From the NCBI RefSeq assembly GCF_028368995.1, contig NZ_JAQNDL010000001.1, forward strand, positions 256,001-320,000: a DNA stretch of 64,000 nucleotides, written 5' to 3'. The position numbers were made by a program, and so were the translations under genes. Positions 1 through 8,818 of the stretch are shown here, piece after piece. This stretch comes from Nannocystis bainbridge (GTDB taxonomy: Bacteria > Myxococcota_A > Polyangia > Nannocystales > Nannocystaceae). Under the pieces are notes generated by a model. It worked only from the letters and a program-made list of their open reading frames with translations. It ran no database searches and was not told where the DNA came from. Position 1 is the first letter of the stretch, and the number at the start of each line of letters is the position of its first letter.

Positions 1-719
1 GCTACGCCGTCGGCAACGAGGGCCTGCGGCCCGAGCGCGGCACCGGCCTCGACGCCGGCCTGGTCGTCAGCACCGCGCCGGCGCGCACCAGCCTCTACGC
101 CCACGCGGCCGGGTTCGTCACCTGGTCCGAGGATCTGATCGCGTGGACCCAGACCGGCCCGTACCTGCGGCCGACCAACCTCGATCGCGCCCGCGTCGCC
201 GGCCTCGAGACCGCGGCCGCGCTGCGTCTCCTGGGCGGCGACCTCGAGCTGCGCGGCAACTACACCCTGCTGGCCACCCGCAACGGCAGCGCCGAGGCGT
301 CGATGCACGGCCAGCCCCTGCCCGGCCGCCCGCGCCACGAGCTGTTCGTGCAGCTCGCCGCCGGCCACGCCTACGACCTGCGCGGCCGCGAGTTCTTGCC
401 TCGCCTCGGCGTCACCGTCGAGCACGCCGCGCGCACCTTCCTCGATCCCAGCGGTCGCTTCGAGGTCCCGGCGCGCACCCTCGTCGGCGCCTTCCTCGAG
501 CTGCACCTGCTCGCGCGGGTCCACCTCGCCCTCGAGGTCCGCAACGTGCTCGGCGCGCGCGTCGCTACCTGGCGGCCGCCGGTCGCCGGGAGCCCGGCGG
601 TGACCGTCCCGCTCAGCGATTTCTTCTTCTTCCCCCTGCCCGGCACCAGCCTCTGGACCACCCTGCGCGTCGACCTTCAGCCGCCGCGCCGCCCGCGAAC
701 CACCGAGAGACCTTCATGA
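1..719 (+). CDS. TonB-dependent outer membrane receptor, C-terminal part (5' truncated), probably BtuB-like
   Basis: Frame from nt 3 reads YAVGNEGLRPERGTGLDAG (GNxxLxPE motif of TBDR barrels), then LELRGNYT, LPGRP, EVRNVL and a PLPG C-terminal strand. Its stop overlaps the next ATG (ATGA). Confidence 0.8.
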   Translation, partial: YAVGNEGLRPERGTGLDAGLVVSTAPARTSLYAHAAGFVTWSEDLIAWTQTGPYLRPTNLDRARVAGLETAAALRLLGGDLELRGNYTLLATRNGSAEASMHGQPLPGRPRHELFVQLAAGHAYDLRGREFLPRLGVTVEHAARTFLDPSGRFEVPARTLVGAFLELHLLARVHLALEVRNVLGARVATWRPPVAGSPAVTVPLSDFFFFPLPGTSLWTTLRVDLQPPRRPRTTERPS

Positions 720-1954
720 TCCGCCGCTTCGCCCTCCTCAGCACCGCCCTCGCCCTCGCCGCCTGCAACCCCTCCAGCGGCAGCACCGACACCGACACCG
801 GCACCGGCACCGAGACCGACGGACCTGGCACGACGGACATGTCCCCCACGACAGGTGAGGCGCCGGTCGTGGTCGAGCTCGACGCCCCCTGCGACTTCGG
901 TCCCGACGGCGCCACCGAGCTCGCGCTCGTGACCAACGACTTCGTCGCCCCCGCCGGGCTCGGCCGCGTCGACACCGGCGAGCGCCAGATCCTCGCCGAC
1001 CTCCTGCCGGCCACCACCGACACCGCCCTCGGCGCGACCGGCGAGTGGCTCGTCATGGTCCACCGCTTCGGCCACAACCGCATCGACGTGGTCGACCGCG
1101 GCGCATGGCTGCTGCGCGGCTCGGTCGACGTCACCCACAGCGCCGCCGACGACCCCAACCCGCAGGGCGTCACCTTCGCCGCCGACGGCCTCGCCTACGT
1201 GCCGCTGTTCGCCGCGCCGGCGGTCCAGATCTACGACTTCTCGGTCGCCGAGTCGTCGGCCTGGCTGCAGGGCGAGATCGATCTCTCGCCGTTCGCCGAC
1301 GCTGACGGCAGCCCCGAGGCCGGACTCGCGCTCGCGTGCGGCGGCGTGCTGTTCGTCGGCATCCAGCGCCTCGTCGACTTCGCGCCCGTCGACAGCAGCT
1401 ACCTCGTCGCCGTCGACCTCGCGGCGCGGGCCCTGCTCGACCTCGACGTCGCCACGGCAGGCACCCAGGGCATCGAGCTGCTCGGCGCCTACCCCAAGCA
1501 GGTCCGCCGCGATCCGGCCGACGCCGCCGGCCACACCGCGCTGGTCCTGACCTCCGGCGTCGAGCGCGTCGACCTGTCCCGAGGGACATCCGAGTGGGCG
1601 GTCGCCCCCGAAGTCCTGGCGGAGGCCAGCATCGACGGCTTCGACCCGCAGGCGTTCGTCGTCGCCCCCGACGGCGCCTCGATCTTCCTCACTGCCACCG
1701 ACGGTGACTATCCGGCCGCGGCCGTGTTCCAGGTCGGCCTCGATGGCGGCGAGCCGACCGCCCCGGTCAAGGTCGTCGCTGGCCTCAACTCCGGCGACAG
1801 GATGCTCGAGAGAATCGGCGGCACGCTGTGGATCGGCGACGCCAACGGGGCGGCGCCGCGGCTCCGCCTCTACGACGTCGCCGCCGCCGTCGAGGTCGAG
1901 GTCGACGGCCTGACGACCAAGGCCGCCCCGTGGACCTTCATCCCCCTGCCCTGA
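716..1954 (+). CDS. Lipoprotein, YncE/BtuG-like beta-propeller
   Basis: ATG716; MIRRFALLSTALALAAC lipobox; Thr/Gly linker; NPQGV..AYVPL and IDLSPFADADGSPE blades; lies directly after the TBDR. Confidence 0.7.
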   Translation: MIRRFALLSTALALAACNPSSGSTDTDTGTGTETDGPGTTDMSPTTGEAPVVVELDAPCDFGPDGATELALVTNDFVAPAGLGRVDTGERQILADLLPATTDTALGATGEWLVMVHRFGHNRIDVVDRGAWLLRGSVDVTHSAADDPNPQGVTFAADGLAYVPLFAAPAVQIYDFSVAESSAWLQGEIDLSPFADADGSPEAGLALACGGVLFVGIQRLVDFAPVDSSYLVAVDLAARALLDLDVATAGTQGIELLGAYPKQVRRDPADAAGHTALVLTSGVERVDLSRGTSEWAVAPEVLAEASIDGFDPQAFVVAPDGASIFLTATDGDYPAAAVFQVGLDGGEPTAPVKVVAGLNSGDRMLERIGGTLWIGDANGAAPRLRLYDVAAAVEVEVDGLTTKAAPWTFIPLP

Positions 1955-1967
1955 GAGACAGGTCCTC

Positions 1968-3188
1968 ATGAACATGTCCGTTCGCACCTGTGCTCTCGTG
2001 GTGGTCGGTCTCGGCTGCGAATTTGCCGGCCCACTGCCCGGCGACGGCCCGCCGGCCACCGACGCGCCGACGCCGATCGCCGGCTGGCCGCGCGAGGTCG
2101 GCGCCTGCGTCGGCGACTCGGCCGCGCCGACGCGGCTGCTCGTGACCACCACCGACTTCGCCACCGGCGGGGTCAGCACGGTCGCGCTGGCGGGCTTCAC
2201 CGCGCTGGCCGACGTCGCGCTCGGCAGCACCGACGCCAAGCCGTTCTTCTTCGACGGCACCGCCTATGTGCTGCACCGCTACGGCCTCGACGCCCTCGAC
2301 GTGCTCGACCCCGACGACGGCTTCCGCCTGCTGGCGCAGCGGGCGATCGTCGCCGGGGACCCCGAGGTCGTCAGCGCCAACCCGCACGCGCTGGTGGTCG
2401 GTCCCGACGGCCGCGGCTACGTCTCGCTGTTCGGCGCGCCCGAGGTGCAGGTGTGGGACCTGGCCGATGGGACAGCTCCGAGGTTGACCGGGCGCATCGA
2501 CCTCTCGCCGCTGGCCGACGCCGATGGCAACCCCGAGGCCTCCGAGGTCCTGCTGTGCGGCGGCGTGCTGTTCCTCGCCGTCGACCGCGTCGACCAGGAC
2601 GCCGGCCTGGTGCCGAACGAGCCGCGGGCCCGCCTCGCGGCCGTCGACCTCGCCAGCGGCGCCGTGCACGACCTCGACCCCGCGACGCCCGGCGCCCAGG
2701 GCCTGGCGCTGCTCGGCGGGTGGGCCCGGCAATTTCGCCTCGACCCTGCCGACCCGACCGGACGCACCGCGCTGGTCCTCACCACCGGCCTCGAGCGCGT
2801 CGACCTGTCCTCGGGGACATCCGCGTGGGCGGTCGCCGATGCCCGCCTGCAGGCCGCCGGCCTGACCGACTACCGCCTGCCGCAGGCGTTCGCGCTCGGT
2901 CCGGGCGGGACCGACGTCTATCTGGCCGCCTACCGCGTCGACTTCAGCGAGGTCGCGCTGTTCCGCGCCGCGCTGGACCGCGACGAGCCGCTCGTCGAGC
3001 TCGCGTCCGGCATGCAGTCGGTCGAGCAGAGCCTCGAGGTCATCGGCGACATCCTCTACTTCGGCGACCGCGCCCACGGGGCCTCGGGCCTGCGCGCGTG
3101 GGACCTGCGCCAGAGCCCGCCCGCGCCGCTGCCGGGCGCCCCGCTCGCGCTCGGCCTCGCCCCCTACGCCGCCGTGGCGATCCCCTGA
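1968..3188 (+). CDS. Lipoprotein, beta-propeller paralog of 716..1954
   Basis: LVVVGLGC lipobox; shares NPH, IDLSPLADADGNPE and ALVLTTGLERVDLS with the upstream paralog. Confidence 0.7.
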   Translation: MNMSVRTCALVVVGLGCEFAGPLPGDGPPATDAPTPIAGWPREVGACVGDSAAPTRLLVTTTDFATGGVSTVALAGFTALADVALGSTDAKPFFFDGTAYVLHRYGLDALDVLDPDDGFRLLAQRAIVAGDPEVVSANPHALVVGPDGRGYVSLFGAPEVQVWDLADGTAPRLTGRIDLSPLADADGNPEASEVLLCGGVLFLAVDRVDQDAGLVPNEPRARLAAVDLASGAVHDLDPATPGAQGLALLGGWARQFRLDPADPTGRTALVLTTGLERVDLSSGTSAWAVADARLQAAGLTDYRLPQAFALGPGGTDVYLAAYRVDFSEVALFRAALDRDEPLVELASGMQSVEQSLEVIGDILYFGDRAHGASGLRAWDLRQSPPAPLPGAPLALGLAPYAAVAIP

Positions 3189-3192
3189 GCTC

Positions 3193-4170
3193 ATGCCCGC
3201 CCACGATCCGCCCCCGTCCTCGCTCGCGCCCGGCGCCCCCGAACCGGGCGAAAATGGGTCGAAATGCCGCGCGCGCGGCCGTAGACTGCCCGCGGTGCTG
3301 CGCGGCCTGCCTGTCCTTTTCGCCCTGTCTGCATGTACAGGTGCGCCCGCGCCCGCGCCCGAGACCGGCGATGCGCCCGCGCACCGGATCGTCTCGCAGA
3401 CGATCCTCTCCGACGAGGTGCTGTGGGCGCTCGGTCCCGCGGCCCAGGCCCGCGTCGTCGGCGTCAGCGCGCTCGCCGACGACCCCCGCTACTCCGGCGT
3501 CGCCGGCGTATGGCCGCCCGCGACCCCGCGCCGCGCCCTCACCTCCGAGGGCCTGCTCGCGCTCGCCCCCGACCTGGCCGTGATCGCCAGCTTCACCTCG
3601 CCCGAAGTGCGCGAGCTGCTGACGAGCCACGGCGTGCGCCTGCTCGAGTTCACCCGCTTCACCGGCTTCGCCGACTACCGCTCCCACGTGCGCCAACTCG
3701 CCGCCGCGGTCGAGGACCCGGCCGCGGGCGAGCGCCTGATCGCCGACCTCGACGGCCGCCTGGCCCGCCTGGCCGCGCGTCGGCCGGCGATCCGGCTGGC
3801 GGCGGTCAGCTGGGGCGACGGCCACGCCGCGGCCGCCGGCACCAGCTTCGACGACGTCGCCGAGGCAGCTGGCCTTTCGAACATGGCTAAAGAGAAAGGT
3901 CTCGAAGGACATGTCCCTGTGGCCCTGGAGCTGATGGTCTCGTGGGACCCGCCGGTGATCGTCACCGGCTGCCCGGCGCCCGAGCCCGACGACCCGGCCT
4001 GCCGCGCCGCCGAGGCGGCCGTAGCCGCGCTGCCGGGCGTGCGCGCGACCGCGGCGGCGCGGGGCGGGCGGATCTTCGCGGTGCCCGCACGCGCGCTCGC
4101 CAGCACCGGCGAGGGCATGGCGCGCGCCGCCGAGATCTTGCAAGACCGCCTGCGCGCGGAGCCGCCGTGA
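3193..4170 (+). CDS. ABC transporter substrate-binding lipoprotein (BtuF/Fe-siderophore class)
   Basis: RIVSQTILSDEVLWALG and EGLLALAPDLAVI motifs. The real start may be GTG3295 (MLRGLPVLFALSAC lipobox). Confidence 0.85.
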   Translation: MPAHDPPPSSLAPGAPEPGENGSKCRARGRRLPAVLRGLPVLFALSACTGAPAPAPETGDAPAHRIVSQTILSDEVLWALGPAAQARVVGVSALADDPRYSGVAGVWPPATPRRALTSEGLLALAPDLAVIASFTSPEVRELLTSHGVRLLEFTRFTGFADYRSHVRQLAAAVEDPAAGERLIADLDGRLARLAARRPAIRLAAVSWGDGHAAAAGTSFDDVAEAAGLSNMAKEKGLEGHVPVALELMVSWDPPVIVTGCPAPEPDDPACRAAEAAVAALPGVRATAAARGGRIFAVPARALASTGEGMARAAEILQDRLRAEPP

Positions 4171-5168
4171 ACCGCACCACCTGGCTGGCCGCGGCCGCGA
4201 TCCCGCTCGCGCTGCTGCTGTCTCTCGGGACAGGTCCGGGCGAGATCGGCCTCGCCGAGGCGCTCGCCACCATCGGTCGCCGGCTCGCCGGCGACGAGCT
4301 CGATCTGCGCGGCGCGATCGTGTGGGATCTGCGGCTGCCGCGGGCGCTGCTCGCCGGCCTCGTCGGCGCCGCCCTGGCGGCCGCGGGCGCGCTGTGCCAG
4401 GGCCTGTTCCGCAACCCGATGGCCGATCCGGGGGTGCTCGGCGTCAGCTCCGGGGCCGCGCTGTTCGCCGTCGTCGGCCTGCTGTTGGGCTTCGACCGCG
4501 CCGGGTTGTGGGCGATCCCGGTCGTCGCGGCGATCGGCGCGGCCGCGGCCATGGGGCTCCTGCTCGCGGCCGCCGGGCGACAGGCCAGCCTCGCCGTCCT
4601 GCTGCTCGCCGGCGTCGCGCTCGGGGCCCTGTGCTCGGCGCTGATCACCGTGTGTCAGGCGCTCGCCTCGCATCAGTGGGACTTCGGGCTCAAGGTCATC
4701 TACTGGCTGATGGGCAGCTTCGAAGGCCGCAGTTGGCCCCACCTGTCGTGGGCCGTGCCCCCCTGCGGGCTCGGGCTCGCGCTGGCACTATGGCTGCGTC
4801 GCGACCTCGACGCGCTCCACCTCGGCAGCGACGCCGCGGCCTCGCTCGGTGTCGACCTCGCGCGCCTGCGCCTGCTCGTGGTCGTCGCTGTCGGCCTCCT
4901 CGTCGGCGCCGCGACCGCGCTGACCGGCGTACTGGCGTTCGTCGGGCTCGTCGCCCCGCACGTCGCTCGCATGTCCTCGGGGCCAGGTCATCGACGTCTC
5001 GTCCCGCTCGCCGCGCTCGTCGGCGCGAGCGCGACCATCCTCGTCGACGCCGTCGCTCGCTCGGCCAGCGGGGTCGTGATCCCTCCCGGAGTGATCACCA
5101 GCCTGGTCGGCGCGCCTTTCTTTCTGTGGCTGCTCCGGCGTCGCGGCCTGCGCGGACTCGCTGGCTGA
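4167..5168 (+). CDS. FecCD/BtuC family ABC permease
   Basis: WDLRLPRALL, QGLFRNPMADPGVLGVSSGA, AASLGVD, FVGLVAPH, GAPFFLWLL; GTGA overlap with the upstream gene. Confidence 0.92.
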   Translation: MNRTTWLAAAAIPLALLLSLGTGPGEIGLAEALATIGRRLAGDELDLRGAIVWDLRLPRALLAGLVGAALAAAGALCQGLFRNPMADPGVLGVSSGAALFAVVGLLLGFDRAGLWAIPVVAAIGAAAAMGLLLAAAGRQASLAVLLLAGVALGALCSALITVCQALASHQWDFGLKVIYWLMGSFEGRSWPHLSWAVPPCGLGLALALWLRRDLDALHLGSDAAASLGVDLARLRLLVVVAVGLLVGAATALTGVLAFVGLVAPHVARMSSGPGHRRLVPLAALVGASATILVDAVARSASGVVIPPGVITSLVGAPFFLWLLRRRGLRGLAG

Positions 5169-5662
5169 GCGCGACGCTTGCACATGCATCGTCGTCACGT
5201 GTCCGCGCGTCGTTCGGACGAACGCGGTCAACTGACCGCACCGCTGCACGCGCACGCCGATCCGTGTGACTTTGTCTGAGCCAGAGCATGCGTTCCTGCG
5301 CTGCGCATCAGCGGCGTGGTGACAGCGCGGCATTACGCGTGCGGCCCATAGACCACGGCGCTGATGTGCGCGACGTCGAAGTCGCTCCACATACAACATC
5401 TTGGGTTCACGCGCGGAGCGCTGTCCACAACTAGTGCCCTGCAGCAAACTCGAAGCGCGGACACGTGCGAACGACTGTCACATTCTCACGCCGGTCGCTC
5501 GTGCACATGCACGCGAGTGACGCGGCTGCACGCTCGCGCGCGGGCAGAATCCGGGACGTCCGCACTGGACGGACCACCGCTTTCGGTTTCTTCTTGTCGG
5601 CCTGATGAGCCCCGGCGCGGAAGACCTCAGCGAGCTCAGCGGAGACGAAGGAAGGTAGCGGA

Positions 5663-6724
5663 ATGAGATTGGTGCACCTGACAGCTCTGGCCTGCGCCGT
5701 CGCCGTCGTCACTGACGGCTTCGACGACGGCGCCAGCGCGGAAGCGGCCCACGATGTCCGGTTCGACGACCGCTACGACCTCGACGGCGACCTGAACACA
5801 GCCGGCCGGACCGGCCCGAGCAGCCTGGACGAAGTTCTGCGGGCGCCCGTTCGCGCCCTCGCGCCCGTGACACCTGCGCCCGTCGAGCCCGCGCTCGATG
5901 AGCCCGCGCAGGTCGCCGCCGACCGCGCACAGGTCGAGCAGTTCCTCCCCCACCAGTGCGTGCACGGCGTCGACGAGCAGCGCCCGCGGCTGACGCGGAA
6001 CGAGCAAAAACGGACCTACGACGTGCTCGCGCACGTCGTCAAGCGGCTCAAGGCCAGCGACGATTTCCTCAAGCTGCTCCAGCTGGTCGCCTCGCGCGAA
6101 TCGAGCCTGCAGCAAGGGCTCGTGCACCGCCTGTCACCTGACCTCGAGGCCAGCCAACAGGCGTGGCGCAAGACCGCCAAGCTCTACGAGGGCAACCCGC
6201 ACCACGCCGAGCACGAGCACTGGCAGACCTACGGCCTGTTCGGCATGAACTCCAACTACTTCACCCAGGTGTGGGACAACCAGGCCGACCCCCGCGTCCT
6301 GTGCGACGCGATCGTCGACATCCTCGTCTATCGCCGCGCCGTCGCCCGCGTCATCCGCAAGGCGGGCACCGCCATCGAGTGCACCGACGCCGCCGGCCGG
6401 ACCTATCAGCACACCACCCGCGCCACCTGGGAGAGCGTGCACCGGGCCGTCAGCGGCGGGAAGATGTGCCCGAGCAAGAGCGAGAACGTCGCCGCGATCA
6501 TGGGCAAGTACTTCCGCGGACGCGCGGCCAAGTTCGGGCTCGACCCTGACAAGCCCGTCACCCTCAAGATGTTGGGCGTGGAGCCGGCCAAGGGCCTCGA
6601 CGGCGCCGCCTGGGCCGACCAGGAGGCGATCGTCATGGGCCTGTGGGCCGAGCTCGAGGCCGAGTGGGCCGAGCACCCGCCGGACGAGCCCGAGCCGGTG
6701 AAGATCGCCCGCACCGGCGTCTGA
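5663..6724 (+). CDS. Secreted protein with possible lysozyme/lytic-transglycosylase-like domain
   Basis: Signal peptide; AAGGAAGG RBS; helix-ES (LVASRESSL) followed by YGLFGM, resembling SLT motifs I and II. Confidence 0.6.
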   Translation: MRLVHLTALACAVAVVTDGFDDGASAEAAHDVRFDDRYDLDGDLNTAGRTGPSSLDEVLRAPVRALAPVTPAPVEPALDEPAQVAADRAQVEQFLPHQCVHGVDEQRPRLTRNEQKRTYDVLAHVVKRLKASDDFLKLLQLVASRESSLQQGLVHRLSPDLEASQQAWRKTAKLYEGNPHHAEHEHWQTYGLFGMNSNYFTQVWDNQADPRVLCDAIVDILVYRRAVARVIRKAGTAIECTDAAGRTYQHTTRATWESVHRAVSGGKMCPSKSENVAAIMGKYFRGRAAKFGLDPDKPVTLKMLGVEPAKGLDGAAWADQEAIVMGLWAELEAEWAEHPPDEPEPVKIARTGV

Positions 6725-6875
6725 TCGGCGCCCGCGCACCCGGACCGGCATCGGACCCGGCCCCCGGGCCCGGCGCCCTGGCCACCGGAACGGCGCTCCT
6801 CGCCGACCCGGCCGGGGCCTCGTTCGCGGTCGCGCGCCGTCCCCGCTGGCGAAGCCGCGGCGGCCCCGCTATCTT

Positions 6876-8417
6876 GTGCCTGTGCTCGCTCGTACGCTGC
6901 ACCTTAACTTATTCGTGTGGACTGCGGCCGTCGCCGCGGCGGGATGTGACCCTTCGGACAGCTCGGGTCAGTCACCGCCGCCGAAGTCGCCTGGACCTGC
7001 GCTGGCCGCCCCTGAAGGCGGCGGCCAGCTGTGCGGCGACGACATCACGCTCGACCTGCGCCGCTCGCTGGTGCTGAGCGAGTTCACGGTGGTGGAGCCG
7101 TTCACCTTCACCCGCGTGATGTCGCAGATCCTGGCCACGAGCCCCGCGCCGGCCGTCACGCCGACGCAGCTCTACCAGCGCTGGTGGGACTACTTCAACG
7201 CCAAGCCCGGCGTCCACCCTGACGCCTTCCACTGCGACGACGAGCTCGTCGACGGCTCACCGGCGATGGGCGCCTTCCCCCACGCCTGCCCGCGCCCCGA
7301 GGGTCGGCTCGCCGACACCGATCCGTTCAGCGACCCGCAGAACAACTTCGACGGCTACATCCCGCTCGGCGTGTTCAACCGCTTCGACCTCGCCCCGCTC
7401 GACGGCAGCAACTGCGGCGAGTACCGCATCGTCTTCGCCAAGCAGTCGGGCTTGTTCGACACCAACGATCGCAACCTCATCATCTTCGAGGCCACCCTGC
7501 CCAACCCGAACCCGAGCTGCGGCATCGAGGGTTGCCGGCCGATCGCGCAGTTCTGGGCCGACCTCAGCGAGATCGACGACATCACCGAGATCCGTGACCG
7601 CGTCGAGGACTTCTACTTCGTCGACGCCGCCGGCGCCGGGCCCGTCGTGCACGCCGACAACTACGGCACCAAGGGCGGCCAGATCCGCACCAACATGTTC
7701 ATGAACGGGCCGAACGCCTGGCAGCTGCGCCAGTTCGAGTTCGTGCACGACTGCGGCGGCTCCGCCTGCATCCGTCCGGTCCTGCTCAAGGACAACCCGT
7801 TCCCCGAGCTCTTCCAGGACGACTCGCCGTGGCTCGGCGCCGAGGCGTTCCAGGAGTGGTTCGTGCGGCAGGTGCCCAACCTCGAGAAGGCCGGCAGCAA
7901 CCTGTTCTTCACCACCGACGTCGGCACCTTCGCCTCCGGCGCCAGCAACTCCGAGGGCGAGTTCGACAACTACCGCATCCAGTCCGGCATCAGCGGCTCG
8001 TTCCGCAGCAAGATCCAGGACGCGATCACCCTGCCCGGCCTCACCGCCGACCAGATCATCAACCGCGCGCTCGCGCTGTCGTGCGCCGGCTGCCACGAGC
8101 ACAACAACTTCGGCGACAACCTCGACTTCGGCGACGGCCTGCCGTGGGAGCCGAGCCTCGGGTTCGTCCACATCAGCGAGGAGTTCACCGCCGAGGGTCC
8201 GTTCGGCACCCGCTTCCCGCTGTCCGACGCGGTCCGCTTCGTGTTCTTGCCGCACCGCGGCGAGGTCCTGCAGAACTTCCTCGCCGAGACCGCCTGCGAG
8301 CCGTGCACCGACAAGGGCGTCAAGCAGTTCGGCCCGCCCGACCCGAGCAAGTTCTTGCCCGACGGCTTCGACAGCGTCGAGGGCATGACGATCGGCGGCC
8401 CGCGCAGCGGCCACTGA
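6876..8417 (+). CDS. Cys-rich lipoprotein with a single CxxCH (putative c-type cytochrome)
   Basis: AAVAAAGC lipobox; SCAGCHE near the C-terminus; strongly biased GC3 codon usage. Confidence 0.65.
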   Translation: MPVLARTLHLNLFVWTAAVAAAGCDPSDSSGQSPPPKSPGPALAAPEGGGQLCGDDITLDLRRSLVLSEFTVVEPFTFTRVMSQILATSPAPAVTPTQLYQRWWDYFNAKPGVHPDAFHCDDELVDGSPAMGAFPHACPRPEGRLADTDPFSDPQNNFDGYIPLGVFNRFDLAPLDGSNCGEYRIVFAKQSGLFDTNDRNLIIFEATLPNPNPSCGIEGCRPIAQFWADLSEIDDITEIRDRVEDFYFVDAAGAGPVVHADNYGTKGGQIRTNMFMNGPNAWQLRQFEFVHDCGGSACIRPVLLKDNPFPELFQDDSPWLGAEAFQEWFVRQVPNLEKAGSNLFFTTDVGTFASGASNSEGEFDNYRIQSGISGSFRSKIQDAITLPGLTADQIINRALALSCAGCHEHNNFGDNLDFGDGLPWEPSLGFVHISEEFTAEGPFGTRFPLSDAVRFVFLPHRGEVLQNFLAETACEPCTDKGVKQFGPPDPSKFLPDGFDSVEGMTIGGPRSGH

Positions 8418-8818
8418 GCCGCTTCACTCCGCCAGCCGCCTTCGCGCGCGAGCCGATCGCCGCGCGCCTCGAGTCGCTCTCCACTCGAGAGCGACGCGAG
8501 CAGCCTCGCGCGAACCGGCCGCCCGCACCGGGGCGCGTGCCCACGCGCTCGACGCACGCGATCGTCCGTCCCGGCCTCTCGCTCCTCGCGGATGCGCCTC
8601 CGCGATCTTGCATGCACGCGCGCTGACTCGCTCGCGCGTGCGACGTGCTGACGCGACCGTCATCTTTCGCTCCCGCCCGCCTCGCTCGTTGCGCACGCAC
8701 GCTGCGGATTCGCGGCCACCGCCTGCCGGAGCGGACCGGAGCCGCGCGTCCGCGTCCGCGTGACGCGACCTGGCCGGGTGGGACCTGCGTGATAGACTGC
8801 GCCGCCGGAGGACCCGCA

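Noticed and set aside
5421-5429. DnaA-box-like CTGTCCACA
   Set aside because: Single mismatched copy, with no box cluster or replication genes nearby.
5602-5655. CTGATGAG resembling a hammerhead ribozyme core
   Set aside because: No stem II closed by GAAA and no matching stems I/III were found.
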